Notes under the pieces: generated by a model
Seen by the model: the letters and a program-made list of their open reading frames with translations, nothing else
Told to the model about the DNA's origin: nothing
Database searches by the model: none
Translations under genes and position numbers: made by a program
Part shown: piece by piece, positions 14,031 through 28,813 of the stretch
How positions within the stretch are numbered: position 1 is the first letter of the stretch
Layout: each line of letters begins with the position of its first letter
Assembly (NCBI RefSeq): GCF_037042905.1
Contig: NC_087259.1
Coordinates: 28,954,001 to 29,018,000 of the forward strand
DNA: 64,000 nt
Direction of reading: 5' to 3'
From: Lytechinus pictus
Taxonomy: Eukaryota

Positions 14031-15574
14031 TGTTTATTGTAATATGATTGATTAATTAGATGCATTAATATGTCTTGGTTTCACTGACATAAGGATGTAA
14101 TTCAGTTTTTGTCCATTTCAATATTTTGTTATTGATAACGCAGATATTAAATTCTATGGAACATTAGTTTAAGTACCTATTCTGCTAATAAAGCAAGAAA
14201 GCACCTGATAACAGCCCAGTAGGGCATACTCTGTTGACATACAAACAGCCTTCATTTTACAACTATCTGCTTGGTAGAAAATAATAAGATATCTCTTTTC
14301 ACCAAATTACTGTTGTTTTAAAGTCCTTTTAATTGCAAACCCTCAATCTGTGTTTCTTCACAAACACAATTTGTAAGGTATTGCAAATATGAATGAGCAA
14401 TTCTTATTAGTTCCCGGGTGTGTATTTTGAACAAAAGGCACATGAACTTAATTGGCCACTACTGTTTTCCAATTAATTGCAAACCTGTGTCTTACAGAGC
14501 TCTGTTGTATTGGTAAAAGTGTTGACCTTTAGATCATGATATTTGTCTATCAAAGTAAAATATCTTTTCTTCTCTCTTTAATTATTATTTTTAATATTGT
14601 ATTTCAACATTTCATGTATATTCAATTAACTGCTGGTTTAGCTTACCTAAGCAAAGAAAAATAAGTTTTATGAAAAAGTTTTTTAAATATGCAATTTAAA
14701 CATTCTTGCCATTCGTATTTGCAAGTGAAATTAAGTTAATTTCAATTTTGCCTTAATGTACATAATGTGTATGTATAGGTGTATTCATTGTCATATTTGA
14801 TTTTGGATATTGTTCCCATATGTAAGACATGATTAATTAAGTCCTTCTACAAGCTTTTTCTGTAAAATATACCATAATTTGTCTCAAGAAAAAAATGTTA
14901 ATGAAAATGTTTTTTTATTGCTATTTCATTCTGTCATTTATGTATGCAAGTTGAATTGTGTGTTTTTTTTTGGAAATATGACCTGAAATAAATTCAAAAT
15001 TTATGTACATGTATGAATATTTCTTTTTGTTGAATAATGATGAATCATATTTCAAATTTGTAGATAATATTTTGATGCACAAAGTCTGGATTTATTCAGG
15101 CTCTCTTAAAAATGAATTGCCAGTAATAATTCTATTGCAATTATATTGAATCCTGAGAGGAAGTACGTCCATGTTAATATTTATATGCCTCATTTGGAAA
15201 TCAGGGTCATGTTTTATAAACACTTGTTCTAATAACAAATGCACAATTTCTCGAACAGGTTTACTATCTACCAATCAAATATAATTATTTCAGTAGCTTT
15301 AAACTGTTATTGCAAGTTTGTTATTGCAATATGTTTTATGAAACAGGCCTAAAGTTAGAAATACACAACTTTCATAAGGATAAGATTCATTTGCTTTTGC
15401 TGAAATTCACAAACATTCTATCATATTCCTTTATATCATAATATGAAAATTTTCTTATGAACTTGACTGGTATAGGTTTATTTGGGGATTTTGCTATTGA
15501 TAATAAATTTTGAAAAACAGTTTTAAATACCTTGTCTTCTTTTTCCATTTATTGTCTTTAATTCAGAAGTGTGC

Positions 15575-18305
15575 TTAATACCTTCACCAACCCACACTCT
15601 CTCACTCCTACTTCCAATACTCACACCAACTCACACAACCCATTGCCACCCTACACACCATCTTCCACTGCTACTTCTAATACTCACACCAACTCACACA
15701 ACCCATTGCCACCCTACACACCATCTTCCACTGCTACTTTCAATACTCACACAACCCATTGCTACCCTCACACACCATCTTCCACTCCTACTTCCAACTA
15801 CTCACACAACCCATTGCCACCCTACACACCATCTTCCACTGCTACTTTCAATACTGACACCAACTCACACAACCCATTGCTACCCTCACTCACCATCTTC
15901 CACTGCTACTTCCAATACTCACACCAACTCACACAACCCATTGCCCCCCTCACACACCATCTTCCACTGCTACTTTCAATACTCACACAACCCATTGCTA
16001 CCCTCACACACCATCTTCCACTGCTACTTCCAATACTCACACCAACTCACACAACCCATTGCCACCCTACACACCATCTTCCACTGCTACTTCCAATACT
16101 GACACCAACTCACACAACCCATTGCCACCCTCACACACCATCTTCCACTGCTACTTCCAAATACTCACACCAACTCACACAACCCATTGCCACCCTACAC
16201 ACCATCTTCCACTGCTACTTCCAATACTCACACAACCCATTGCCCCCCTCACACACCATCTTCCACTGCTACTTCCAAATACTCACACCAACTCACACAA
16301 TCCATTGCCACCCTACACACCATCTTCCATTGCTACTTCCAATACTCACACAACCCATTGCCACCCTACACACCATCTTACACTGCTACTTCCAATACTC
16401 ACACAACCCATTGCCCCCCTCACACACCATCTTCCACTGCTACTTCCAAATACTCACACCAACTCACACAACCCATTGCCACCCTACACACCATCTTCCA
16501 CTGCTACTTCTAATACTCACACCAACTCACACAACCCATTGCCCCCCTCACACACCATCTTCCACTGCTACTTCCAAATACTCACACCAACTCACACAAC
16601 CCATTGCCACCCTACACACCATCTTCCACTGCTACTTCTAATACTCACACCAACTCACACAACCCATTGCCCCCCTCACACACCATCTTCCACTGCTACT
16701 TCCAACTACTCACACAACCCATTGCCACCCTACACGCCATCTTCCACTGCTACTTCCAACTACTCACACAACCCATTGCCACCCTACACACCATCTTCCA
16801 CTGCTACTTTCAATACTGACACAACCCATTGCTACCCTACACACCATCTTCCACTGCTACTTTCAATACTGACACAACCCATTGCCACCCTACACACCAT
16901 CTTCCACTGCTACTTTCAATACTGACACAACCCATTGCCACCCTACACACCATCTTCCACTGCTACTTTCAATACTGACACAACCCATTGCCACCCTACA
17001 CACCATCTTCCACTGCTACTTCCAACTACTCACACAACCCATTGCCCCCCTCACACACCATCTTCCACTGCTACTTCCAACTACTCACACAACCCATTGC
17101 TACCCTCACACACCATCTTCCACTCCTACTTCCAATACTCACACCAACTCACACAACCCATTGCTACCCTCACACACCATCTTCCACTGCTACTTCCAAC
17201 TACTCACACAACCCATTGCCACCCTACACACCATCTTCCACTGCTACTTCCAACTACTCACACAACCCATTGCCACCCTACACACCATCTTCCACTGCTA
17301 CTTTCAATACTGACACAACCCATTGCTACCCTACACACCATCTTCCACTGCTACTTTCAATACTGACACAACCCATTGCCACCCTACACACCATCTTCCA
17401 CTGCTACTTTCAATACTGACACAACCCATTGCCACCCTACACACCATCTTCCACTGCTACTTTCAATACTGACACAACCCATTGCCACCCTACACACCAT
17501 CTTCCACTGCTACTTCCAACTACTCACACAACCCATTGCCCCCCTCACACACCATCTTCCACTGCTACTTCCAACTACTCACACAACCCATTGCTACCCT
17601 CACACACCATCTTCCACTGCTACTTCCAACTACTCACACAACCCATTGCCACCCTACACACCATCTTCCACTGCTACTTTCAATACTGACACCAACTCAC
17701 ACAACCCATTTCCACCCTACACACCATCTTCCACTGCTACTTTCAATACTCACACAACCCATTACCACCCTACACACCATCTTCCACTGCTACTTCTAAT
17801 ACTCACACCAACTCACACAACCCATTGACACCCTACACACCATCTTCCACTGCTACTTCTAATACTCACACCAACTCACACAACCCATTGCCACCCTACA
17901 CACCATCTTCCACTGCTACTTCCAATACTCACACAACACATTGCCCCCCTCACACACCATCTTTCACTGCTACTTCCAAATACTCACACCAACTCACACA
18001 ACCCATTGCCACCCTACACACCATCTTCCACTGCTACTTCTAATACTCACACCAACTCACACAACCCATTGCCACCCTCACACACCATCTTCCACTGCTA
18101 CTTCCAATACTCACACAACCCATTGCCCCCCTCACACACCATCTTCCACTGCTACTATCAATACTCACACCAACTCGCACAACCCATTGCCCCACCCTCA
18201 CCCACCATCTTCCACTCCTACTTCCAATACTCACACCAACTCACACAACCCATTGCTACCCTCACACACCATCTTCCACTGCTACTTCCAATACTCACAC
18301 AACCC
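15575..18305. repeat. 2.7-kb minisatellite, 53-66 bp units
   Basis: Unit ACTCAC(ACCAACTCAC)ACAACCCATTGCCACCCT(C)ACACACCATCTTCCACTGCTACTT(C/T)CAAT, roughly 45 copies, with extreme C/A strand skew. Confidence 0.98.
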
Positions 18306-20048
18306 TTTTTTGTGAAACTTAGAAATGTCACAACGTTCTTATTTTACATTTTAATAAAAAATTCAAGTCAAACTTTGGTTGGGGTGTTCTTGTCCTTTAA
18401 ATATTAAAAAACAAATGAAATAAATTACTCCATTGAATACTGCATGGGACATCAATGATATATAGTTTATTGATTATATATATAAATTATGATCTATAAT
18501 GTTTATTGCGAATTTAGTAATTACTGATTTGGTGCAAATTTGCTGAGGTAATTGAAATTTTGTATTCCAAAGAAGTAATATTAATTGCACAGCTAGGTAT
18601 ATATTTAATTGGAATTAAAAATTAAGGAACACATTCAAACTGCCACAAATTCATTGACATAAAGTCATTAGTATGAATATGCTACATGAAAACAAACAAT
18701 ATATGTTCTTTGGCTTACTAAAACAATGCATCAATTATTCATTTCCTTGTGCTTTATATTCACTTGGTACACAGGCAGTTGGTCTAATACCAGTATCACA
18801 TGAGCTAAACCCATTTGGTCTATATCTGTATACAAATATCATGATCATTGAGATAAAAATGATTTCATAAATGAACATTACGATAATTTTTTGCTTCATA
18901 CTTTTTTTCTTTTTTTATAAGTGCTTGGAAAAGCTATGTAAAACACTATAATGATATGGGTATAGGTTTTGTCTAATCACCATAATATAGATAACTTACT
19001 GTAATTCTGAATAACCAGGATGATATGAACTTACTGGTCAAATGTGATATCTACGGTTAACAGAGTGAAATCTATATAATATCATACACATTTCATTATG
19101 CACAAATTTTGAAAATGTCCTGGTATAGCCTGCCTATCTAAAAGCTAGCAAAGGGTGATTCAGATTCTCGTTCAACTTTGTGTCTGTTTAATTTCCAACA
19201 GCAAAACGGAAGTATTACAATGACATTGCATATGTTATAATCATTATAAAACAATATAAATATATGTAGAGATATATATACAAAATTTTGTGAGTACACA
19301 TTAAAAATGTAAGAGCAAATTTCCACAAGACCAATATCTGGATATGAAGGGATACAGCAAAAGAAAATTTGTATTTTGTCTACAACTGACACACTTCCGT
19401 TTCAGCCATTTCCTGATGTACCTGGGCGAGTGGCTTAATAGGCCTAAATAAATAGCTGTCTTTCGTATTACACAGTAAATTGTCACATGGTCTACACCCG
19501 AATCATCTGCTTTCCGCTACTTCTTATTCCACATGGTCTACTTCTATTTCGTCCCACACCAGGCCATCTACAAACCATTTTATCTGATGTCCAATTAGCC
19601 TATCCCGTGTTGTGTAATATGCACTTTGTATAATAGGTGAATCATATATGTACCAAATTTTCATTTGAAACATTGCAAAATAGTAAGCAGACAATGTATG
19701 TATTAAGTCTTTCCAGAATAATAAAATCTCAAAACTTAAGCTATAACAAAAATTGATGACCTTTTTGACTTAGTGACATCCTCCATTATATCAAATGTGG
19801 ACATTAAACACGACCTACTTTTACCAAATATGGCTCATCATATTGACCAAAGTGACCCCATTTGCCATAAATCGTTATGATGTCATATACATTTAGGTCT
19901 GTCAAAGGTACACTTTATTCATTATTTCAGGAATGAAATGGGTAAATACATTCTTTTTTTTTTCAAGTCTTGATGGTCATGATAGATGATTTGTTTATTA
20001 AATGGAGGAAAGATACAAGTTGTGTCACTTCCCAAAGAGATTTAAGTC

Positions 20049-23000
20049 TTAACGCCAAAGAATATACAGAGCAACTGACAAAACAATAGCATAAAATAAC
20101 CAACTGTTCAACAAACTCCCACTCTGAGAAACCTGTACCTTCCTAGACTGTAAAGGTTTGTTGACTCTTTCCGAGATCGTCATGATAGCATCACGGGCGC
20201 CGCTCCATTGACCAGGTCCAACCAGACGATACTGATACGGTGTGTATGGACCAAAGACGCACTTCAAAGCTAGGACAGGATCAGAGAGTAACATCTTCCA
20301 GAAATCTGGCTTTACACCAAACTCTAGAGCCACCTCATCCATGTATTTAATGAAATCAACTTGGATGGTATGACGTTGGGAGGAGATGTAACGTTTAGCC
20401 ATGGCTTCTTCTTTACTCATCATGTCGGCTTTCATTTGATCTGATGAAGGTAGCTTTGTAAGACCTTTGAACACTCTTGTAGCCCATCTTGCTTGGATCT
20501 CAGATATGGGATTGATGGCACCTAATGGTTGGATGTACCCTAAAAACGCAATGGTGGGATGCTGAAGGTTAACTGGAAACACATACTTGTAGAGTGGTAA
20601 CTTATTCTGCTCTACTTTGATCACAGAATCTTCAAGGAAAGGGAATTTAAATAGGTACCCAGTTCCGAGGATGACAACATCAAGATCTTCAGTGGTTCCA
20701 TCTTGGAACACGACACCTGTTGATGTGAAGCGCTTGACATCCGGTTTGATGATGACTGATCCATTTACAATACAGTTTGGGAGAAAGTCATTGACAGTCG
20801 GATGTTGAGCTAGCAATGAGTGTTCAGGTTGGATACCAAGAAACTTGTGATCCACCCTACTCCTAAAACAAACAAGAAATAGAAATTCAGGTGCATATCA
20901 TCTTAATCAATATACCTGGCCCTGTCTTACAAATATCCAATCAACCACAACTATGGAAAGCCAGCAACATCTACATCTAAAATATATGTTTGTTTAAAAT
21001 ATTTTTCTAGATATATGACGTATATTCATACATTCATTGTTTTCTTGAAGATTCAGTGTGCTCCTCTTTGTTAACAAAGGAAATTGTACAAACTTCCTGC
21101 AGAAAAAAAAAATATGTTGATGAATTTCCATATACTTAAGGTTGATGGGATCAATCATAACACTTTGCAAGATGGAGCCCTGATATACAAATATTTTTTG
21201 GAAAAGGAAAATTGTTTAGCTTGGGAAGTAGTTGCTCTAAATGTCACCTCAGAGGGTTGCGTGTTCAAATCCCACCACAGCATTGAAGTGTCTTTGGGCA
21301 AGGCATCAATTCACGGTTACACTTCGTAATTCCGAAGGTTCTTTATTCCGAAGGTTCATAATTCTGAAACACGTAAATTGCCTATACCCCGATGTTCGTT
21401 AATCCGAAAACGTAAAAGAGTTCGTTAATCCGAACATTTGTGGCGTTATTCCGAAGGTTCGATAATGCGAAAACGAAATAAGGTTCGATGTTCCGAAGGT
21501 TCGTTAATCCGAAAACGAAATAAGGTTCGTTGTTCTGGAGGTTCGTTAGTCTGAAAACGATATAAGGTTCGTTAATCATTTCGTTTTTGGACTAACGAAC
21601 CTTCGGAATTACGAACCTCACTTCGTTTTTGGACTAACGAACCTTCGGAATTACGAACCTCATTTCGTTTCCTGATTAACAAACCTTCGGAATTACGAAC
21701 CTCACTTCTTTTTCGGACTAACGAACCTTCGGAATTACGAACCTCATTTCGTTTTCGGACTAACGAACCTTCGGAAATACGAGCCTTCGGAACAACGAAC
21801 CTTCGGAATAACGAAGCTTCGGAATTACGAATGTATGCGTCAATTCACACCTTGCCAATCTTTACCCAAGTGATAAATGATACCTCTAGGATGAGAAAGT
21901 GAATAATGCATGGCATTAAAATTACAAATTTAATTTCTAGATTTTAATAATGAAAGGAGACAACCACCTCCGTTCGAATTTAAGAACATAAAATATTATA
22001 TCAGATATTAGATTTATGGGATAAATGACTTCACTTTTGACCAAAATATTCTTATCATATATACTTACTCTACAGTAGACCTGAATGCCTTTTCCTTAAC
22101 TGAATTAGGCAAAACATCAAAAATTCTTTGAGGAAAAAAGATACGACCATTAAACAAACGATGGAGAACCCACATTCCTCGACGAGTACTCAGGTAGACC
22201 TGATAGTGAAAGACAAAGTAAATAACCTCTTAAATATTCTCTGTCTCCTCTAGAAATGTCTGATTTTTTATAACTGCAAAAAGTGGAAACTAATTTGACA
22301 CTTCTATACCTAAACCGTTGATTGTTTAAACCCTTTGTAATATAATATAATTAGAGTGTCAATAATTCAAAATGTATAAAAGATGATAAGTTATACAAAC
22401 ATGGGAAGGTAAAATGCAGGTCAAGCCTAACTCAAACAAATGACATTAAAAGCGACACTGAACAAGAAATATATGCCTATATATATTTTAAAAAAGAAGA
22501 AGCAGTTGAACACATATATTGATATTGGTCTCTTTTCGTCTTGGATATATAGTTCAAATTTTGTATTTCCTTCACACTTAAGCAGGAAATTGACCTTTAA
22601 CCTTTCATTTCTGAACATAATTATGACCATGTTGATGAACTCACCTGTGATGCAGGACTGCTCAATTCAACAGCAGCATCACAACCGGAGTTACCCACTC
22701 CTATGATCAAGATGCGCTTATTCTCAAAACCTTCTGGTGTGAGGTAATCATGTGTGTGGAGTACTCGACCATTAAAGTCCTTCAATCCTTCAAATTAAAA
22801 AGTAGCCAGGAAAAGAGTAGACTATCAGCATATTTTGTTTTGTTCATGAAAACTCACATTGTTCAAAATGTAAGATAATTAAGTGATGGGGATATCAACA
22901 ATGGCCGTTTCTGTGGTGCTAGGTGAATCCAGCCACCCTCGTAGTCGGGGATTAAAACCAAATTTAAAACCTGGATTACTCTGCTATGAAGTTTAATATT

Positions 23001-25801
23001 TCCTGTGATTCATACAACATGGATATTTCCGTTTGTCCGAACATATAGTGGCAGCGATGGAAAATGCTCACTGATATGTACAAATTTTGTTATTAATGAT
23101 AAGAGGGTTATCCCACCGCTGCCACCAAAATTCAAAGGGTCCTTAGGAAAGTTAAGAGAAAATCATCTCATCATAGAATACACCAGGCCCCATGCTTAAA
23201 AATAGAAGAACTTTTATTTGGATGAATAAGCATGCTAAAATCTAGTAGGTCTTCTATTTCTAAGTAAAGTACAAACTGGAGAAGAAATCAGATCCAAATT
23301 TTAAAAGTCTCACCATCAAACTCTGGCAGGTGTGGTGTACAGTGATGTCCTGTGCATACAAGAACAGCATCATAGATCTCAGTTACTGACTTGCCAGTTT
23401 CTTGAAGGGTTGTTTTAACTTTCCATTGTCCTGTTTCCTCGAAGTCATCAGCAAAGACAGCAGAATCTACTTTAGTGTGAAAGTGGATGTACTTACGAAG
23501 ATCAAAACGGTCACAAAAGAGATGGTAGTACTTCAGTACAAGTCTGTTGTGCATGTAGTTTGGGAAGTCATCTGGAATAGGGAAGTCACTAGATGTGAAG
23601 ATACAATTAAGGTTCATTACATAACGCTCCATTTCTTTTTTTTTTCAGACAGACGTCATGACAGAAACAAAGTTAAAGAACTCCATTGATATCGATATAT
23701 TCCGTGTATTGTGATTGGCCGGGGAGGATCACTCCCTTTCTTCTCTCAGTTGAATTACATATATGGCTGGAAAGAGTATCTTCTCCCAAATAATTCGATA
23801 CCATATTTATGTGGTTTTTAAAAAAATGACACCTACCAAATCCCCAATTTATGGGGAAAATATATCATTAACACATAATCATTATATATGGCTGGAAAGA
23901 ATATCTTCTCCCAAATAATTTGATACCATATTTATGTGGTATGTCTTCACACTTGGATAATCAGCAGTTATTCTTTGCAATGATGTAAATTTTGATTTGC
24001 GCGCGAGAGGCATGACTGCAATGAATGAATCCAGGGGTTGCATTAAAATCCATTTCAAAACACCTTTCTCAATAATTAACATTATAACGAATTAAACACT
24101 TTTCAGTATCATATCTCAAGTTAATTTTATTGAAAAGGGGTTTGTAAATATGGTTACTTACTCAGGATTATGGCATCATTGGCATTTGGCGCTCATTCAT
24201 TGGAATTATGCCTTACTTTGGCGCAAATCAAAATGTACATCATTGCAAAGAATACCTACTGATTATCCAAGTGTGAAGACATACCACATAAATATGGTAT
24301 CAAATTATTTGGGAGAATAATAATAATTATGATAATAGGCATTTATATAGCGCCATCTAGAAATATTCTATTCCGAGGTGCGTTATTATTATTATTACCC
24401 CGGCCTTAGCTCGAGCTGCCTTTCAGCGCTCCTGCATTAAAGGAAATAATCTGCCAGGTATACCCATTCACCTCACCTGTGAGTGAGTGAGTGACATCAT
24501 CGACTCTCTAATTTTGATGTAACTGGCTCGTTCATATAACTATTTTGTTAAAAATAAGCGAAACTTTGAAATGTCATAACTTTCTTACTTTACATCCGAT
24601 TTTGATGAAATTTTCAGCATTGTGCTTGTCTGATTTTTCTCTATTGATTCAAATCAACATTTTGTTGGGGTGGAACTTTACCGAACCACAATATGTTATA
24701 ACAATGGTAATACCACATGTTCAGGGAGGAATAAAACCACTTTCCACATGACAATGAGTAGAAAATTGGAATATATCATGTCTCTTGTACTAGTCATAAA
24801 ATACAAAAGAAATGGTGAGTGGATGACATCATGAATACCCCCATTTGCATACCGACCTGGATGAGCATAATTATAACTGTTATCAAGCGAAACTTAGAAA
24901 TGTCATAACTTCCTTATTTTACACCCAATTTTGGTGAAGTTTTCAGTGGTTTGCTTTTTTTATTTTTCTCTTTTTATTCTAATCAACTTTTTGTTAGGAT
25001 GGACTGGTCCTTTAAATGAGGCCATCTTTGTTTGTATTTGATATTTTATTAGTGCCGGAAATGAAAAACAGAACTGACCAAAGATCACGATCTGATGGGT
25101 GTGCACACAAAAATAATTTTGTTTTTTCTGGATCAACTCGACACGCATTTCCATGGGCCTTGGTCGTTCTCAAATCATTGACAAAAATAAAATATGTGTC
25201 CCCCCCCCCCCTCCTTCATCAAAATACCCTGGCACAACCCCTGTGTAGAGACAATCAGAAACCGTATTGCTATGACAGGAAAAAAAAAAATCGAGTTTTG
25301 CTTTCAAAACAATCGTCTAGTTGTGGATCCAGGTGGGGACGAATCCAGCCCGTGCCCCCACCCCCTCCCTTTGATAACCATAAAAAAATAATAATGAATA
25401 GTGGAAAATGTCGTGAATTTTATGATTTTTTTTTTTTTTTTTTTTTTTTCGCTTGTCAAATTTTTCGTGACGTAAATTATCATCATTCAGGATTCGGGAG
25501 TGAAGACCCTTTTCTGCACAAAAATGCCCCCCCCCCCTCCCGGGAAACCCCGGATCGGCCCCTGGTGCCCACAATCAGTACTTCAAACTCACCTATAACA
25601 CATGACCTCTTTACTGGTGTTAATAACAGTTGACTTATAGACACATGCCTGATCATCCCTCTCCTCTCGATAATACCACAATCCTCCAATGTTATCAGAT
25701 TTTTCAAAACATACTGGTTCAAGACCCTCATCCAAACAGCTTTTGATTGCAGTCAGTCCACTCGCCCCAGCACCGATGATTGCTACTCTTTTCTTCCCCA
25801 T
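20049..25801 (-). CDS. FMO: Flavin-containing monooxygenase (dimethylaniline monooxygenase, FMO5/FMO2-like), paralogue A, 523 aa
   Basis: Exons 25801-25593, 23588-23314, 22787-22645, 22199-22069, 20862-20049 total 1572 nt with no internal stop. Motifs: FAD-binding GAGASG, GGLW, FMO fingerprint [16 protein letters not shown]-binding GVGNSG, LGTGY and a C-terminal membrane anchor. Orthology to a numbered vertebrate FMO cannot be assigned by eye. Confidence 0.95.
21314..21839. mobile_element. Palindromic MITE built from TTCGTAATTCCGAAGG-type repeats, inserted in a SINE
   Basis: 8-bp TSD TCAATTCA (21306-21313 and 21840-21847). The left half carries CCGAAGGTTCG units and the right half their inverse. 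The flanks rejoin into a SINE (B-box-like GTTCAAATCCC near 21263, continuing TACCCAAGTG at about 21863). Confidence 0.8.
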
Positions 25802-26135
25802 TGTTGCTGTCAAAAAATTTCAGGATTGCACCCTTTACCTGTCCATTACGAATTAAAAAAAAATGCTTTAGAAGTGAGTTATAGGGGGTTTTAACAAAAG
25901 CGCTTACCATACAAACTATTGTATTTGATGCCGCAAGGAAAATATGTTAGGCATGTATGTTACATTTTTTGGCAGATTGTATATACACAAAAGACTCCTG
26001 CCTCACTACAAACTTTCTCGCCAGTTACAAAAGGAGAATGTTTTTTGTAATGATAATTTATGTATATATTATTTCGAAATCATATGCACTACACCATTAA
26101 ATAATATCTCAAAATAGTCTGTGGGACCACCCCCC

Positions 26136-26180
<45 letters not shown>

Positions 26181-27419
26181 TACCTATGACACATACAGAG
26201 AGAATAAATATTATTTGCACGAAATACTCATTCACGAGACAAAAGTAGATCAAGCCAATTAAGTCTCATTTGCATTGCTCAACGATCAAAGTTCAAAATA
26301 CCCATGCCCTATTCTATACGTCAATGTCGGTATGATAAATATACCCAAAAAATAATGAATCCTCTAGTAATATCTAGGATAGTCAATGAGAGATGAGAAG
26401 GCTTTAAATAGAAGCTCCAAGTACATATGGTATATAATATCAATGACTCAATGGTCGGGACAATATACCCTAGTAAATATCATAGCAGCAGCAAATACAA
26501 TACTTTCCTTCCGTGATCAAGCTTCCTGTTCTATTTCAGATGAAAGTACTACCAGCATTGGTCAGAACCTATAGGCTTTCCACAACACTCGATGATCCAC
26601 TGACAGTATTCCTGGCTATACAGTCACAGAGTTAAATACTACTACGAATAGCTTTGGCTATATACTCAACAGTCAAGTTCAGATCATCGGAATATATCAC
26701 TGGGAATATATCTCATTGATTCAGAGGGACCCGCACGTATACAAACAAACTTTTTATGCTCCATACAGACGGACGCGTCGTCATCGAGATCGTAGATTGC
26801 TATAAATAGGTCATACCATGAGTGATGCCCGCTCGTCACAGTCCCACATCGAAATTGCTTTTTATGTGAAAACATATAAAGATTATCAAGTCCAAACACT
26901 GTCCGGTGAAGAAAGCAAATATCAATATTTCATAAATATGATAAACATGTGAAGAAAGTCTAAATACTGTGAAGAAATTAAGCATATATAATTTAAGAAG
27001 TTTGATAAACATTATAAGAAAATCAAGTCTAAATACTATAAATATAAAGCAATGTATAGATTTCATAAATTTGATAAACATGTAAAGTAAATCACGTCTA
27101 AATGCTGCAGCAAATCGTAAATTTTATAGATTAGCAAAAACTTCAAGAAACAGAATCTAATATACTTATACATTGATTAATTTATTAACAGTATTTAGAT
27201 ATGATTAACATAATGTGATTATCGGATTAATAACATTGACGCATTGCATTAATTAGATAAGAAAACGTTAATGATGATACATACCGTCCTATTAGATGAT
27301 TTATTATTAAATGATAAAAAAGCGATAGAGTGCCTATATTGAAAGAAAAAAATATGTAGGTGGTCAAAATGTGTAAGAAGCTGAAGTTTACCGCTATAGG
27401 CGATAGAGGTGGTAAATAG

Positions 27420-28165
27420 GATGATGGTGATAATGATAATGATGATGAAGGTGGTGGTGGTGGTGATGATGATGATGATGATGATGATGACGTGATGANN
27501 NNNNNNNNNNNNNNNNNNNNNNNNNNNNNNNNNNNNNNNNNNNNNNNNNNNNNNNNNNNNNNNNNNNNNNNNNNNNNNNNNNNNNNNNNNNNNNNNNNNN
27601 NNNNNNNNNNNNNNNNNNNNNNNNNNNNNNNNNNNNNNNNNNNNNNNNNNNNNNNNNNNNNNNNNNNNNNNNNNNNNNNNNNNNNNNNNNNNNNNNNNNN
27701 NNNNNNNNNNNNNNNNNNNNNNNNNNNNNNNNNNNNNNNNNNNNNNNNNNNNNNNNNNNNNNNNNNNNNNNNNNNNNNNNNNNNNNNNNNNNNNNNNNNN
27801 NNNNNNNNNNNNNNNNNNNNNNNNNNNNNNNNNNNNNNNNNNNNNNNNNNNNNNNNNNNNNNNNNNNNNNNNNNNNNNNNNNNNNNNNNNNNNNNNNNNN
27901 NNNNNNNNNNNNNNNNNNNNNNNNNNNNNNNNNNNNNNNNNNNNNNNNNNNNNNNNNNNNNNNNNNNNNNNNNNNNNNNNNNNNNNNNNNNNNNNNNNNN
28001 NNNNNNNNNNNNNNNNNNNNNNNNNNNNNNNNNNNNNCATGGTGATGAAGGTGATAATGATGATGATGACGTGCCCTGACGTGATGATGATGATATGGTG
28101 ATAATGATGATGATGTGATGATGATGATGTTGATCTTGATCGTGATGATGATGATGATGATGATT
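27420..28165. other. Assembly gap (N 27499-28037) within a (GAT)n microsatellite
   Basis: 539 Ns with degenerate GAT/GGT repeats on both sides. Confidence 0.98.
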
Positions 28166-28813
28166 GACGGAAAAGGAAAAACCCCGTGTTTGATGTGGAT
28201 GGCTGAGAGTGGGAGTGGTCTAGGCATCCGTCTTCATTCACTGCACCCTATTCATTAGGGGGAAAGGGGCGGGGCATGTTGCCAACGATCAGCTGGCCTG
28301 GCATATATCATGTGACATTACATGATTATCTGAGACGCTGCTGATGAGTAGTTGAGCTTGTCGACGACCGAGTTCGTGATCGTAAGGAAATTATTTTGGT
28401 CTTAAAGTCTTAAACACCTTTACATTAGTAGATCTACTCTTGCTTAAAGAGGTATCTATTTTTTAAAGAAATTTGCATCTATTGTCTACTAAGCGAGGTT
28501 AAGTTTTGGCAGCAATCTTTTTGCCCAACTCACGCGTCACCAACAGGCAACAACATGTACGCGGGCATGTACACAGGTCACAGTACCGTACCTAGCGTGC
28601 GTTACACGCCTGCGCTAGCCGCCTGGGAAATTTGTCGGAAAGGGGTTCGGTATATTTGACTACTACTAGTTCTACTCGGATTTTTTTATTTAGGACTTGA
28701 AGTTTGGTTGTTGAAGTTGAACTGGAGCTTGAGTACTTAACTTAGTCCATTTTATTTAGTCCAACTTTGAAGCCTGTGAAAAGTTAGGCTAGGGACTTTG
28801 ACTATGAATAATC

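Noticed and set aside
15575-18305. CRISPR-like periodicity
   Set aside because: No unique spacers and no cas genes; the context is eukaryotic.
15569-18407. Many Pro/Thr/His-rich ORFs up to 356 aa (mucin-like)
   Set aside because: They are products of the minisatellite: unit lengths shift the frame constantly and the same peptides appear in all three frames.
25016-25633. 205-aa ORF on the plus strand
   Set aside because: Runs through homopolymer tracts of a MITE and lies antisense to an FMO-A exon.
27249-28241. Long ORFs across the N run
   Set aside because: Artefact of the gap and the GAT microsatellite.
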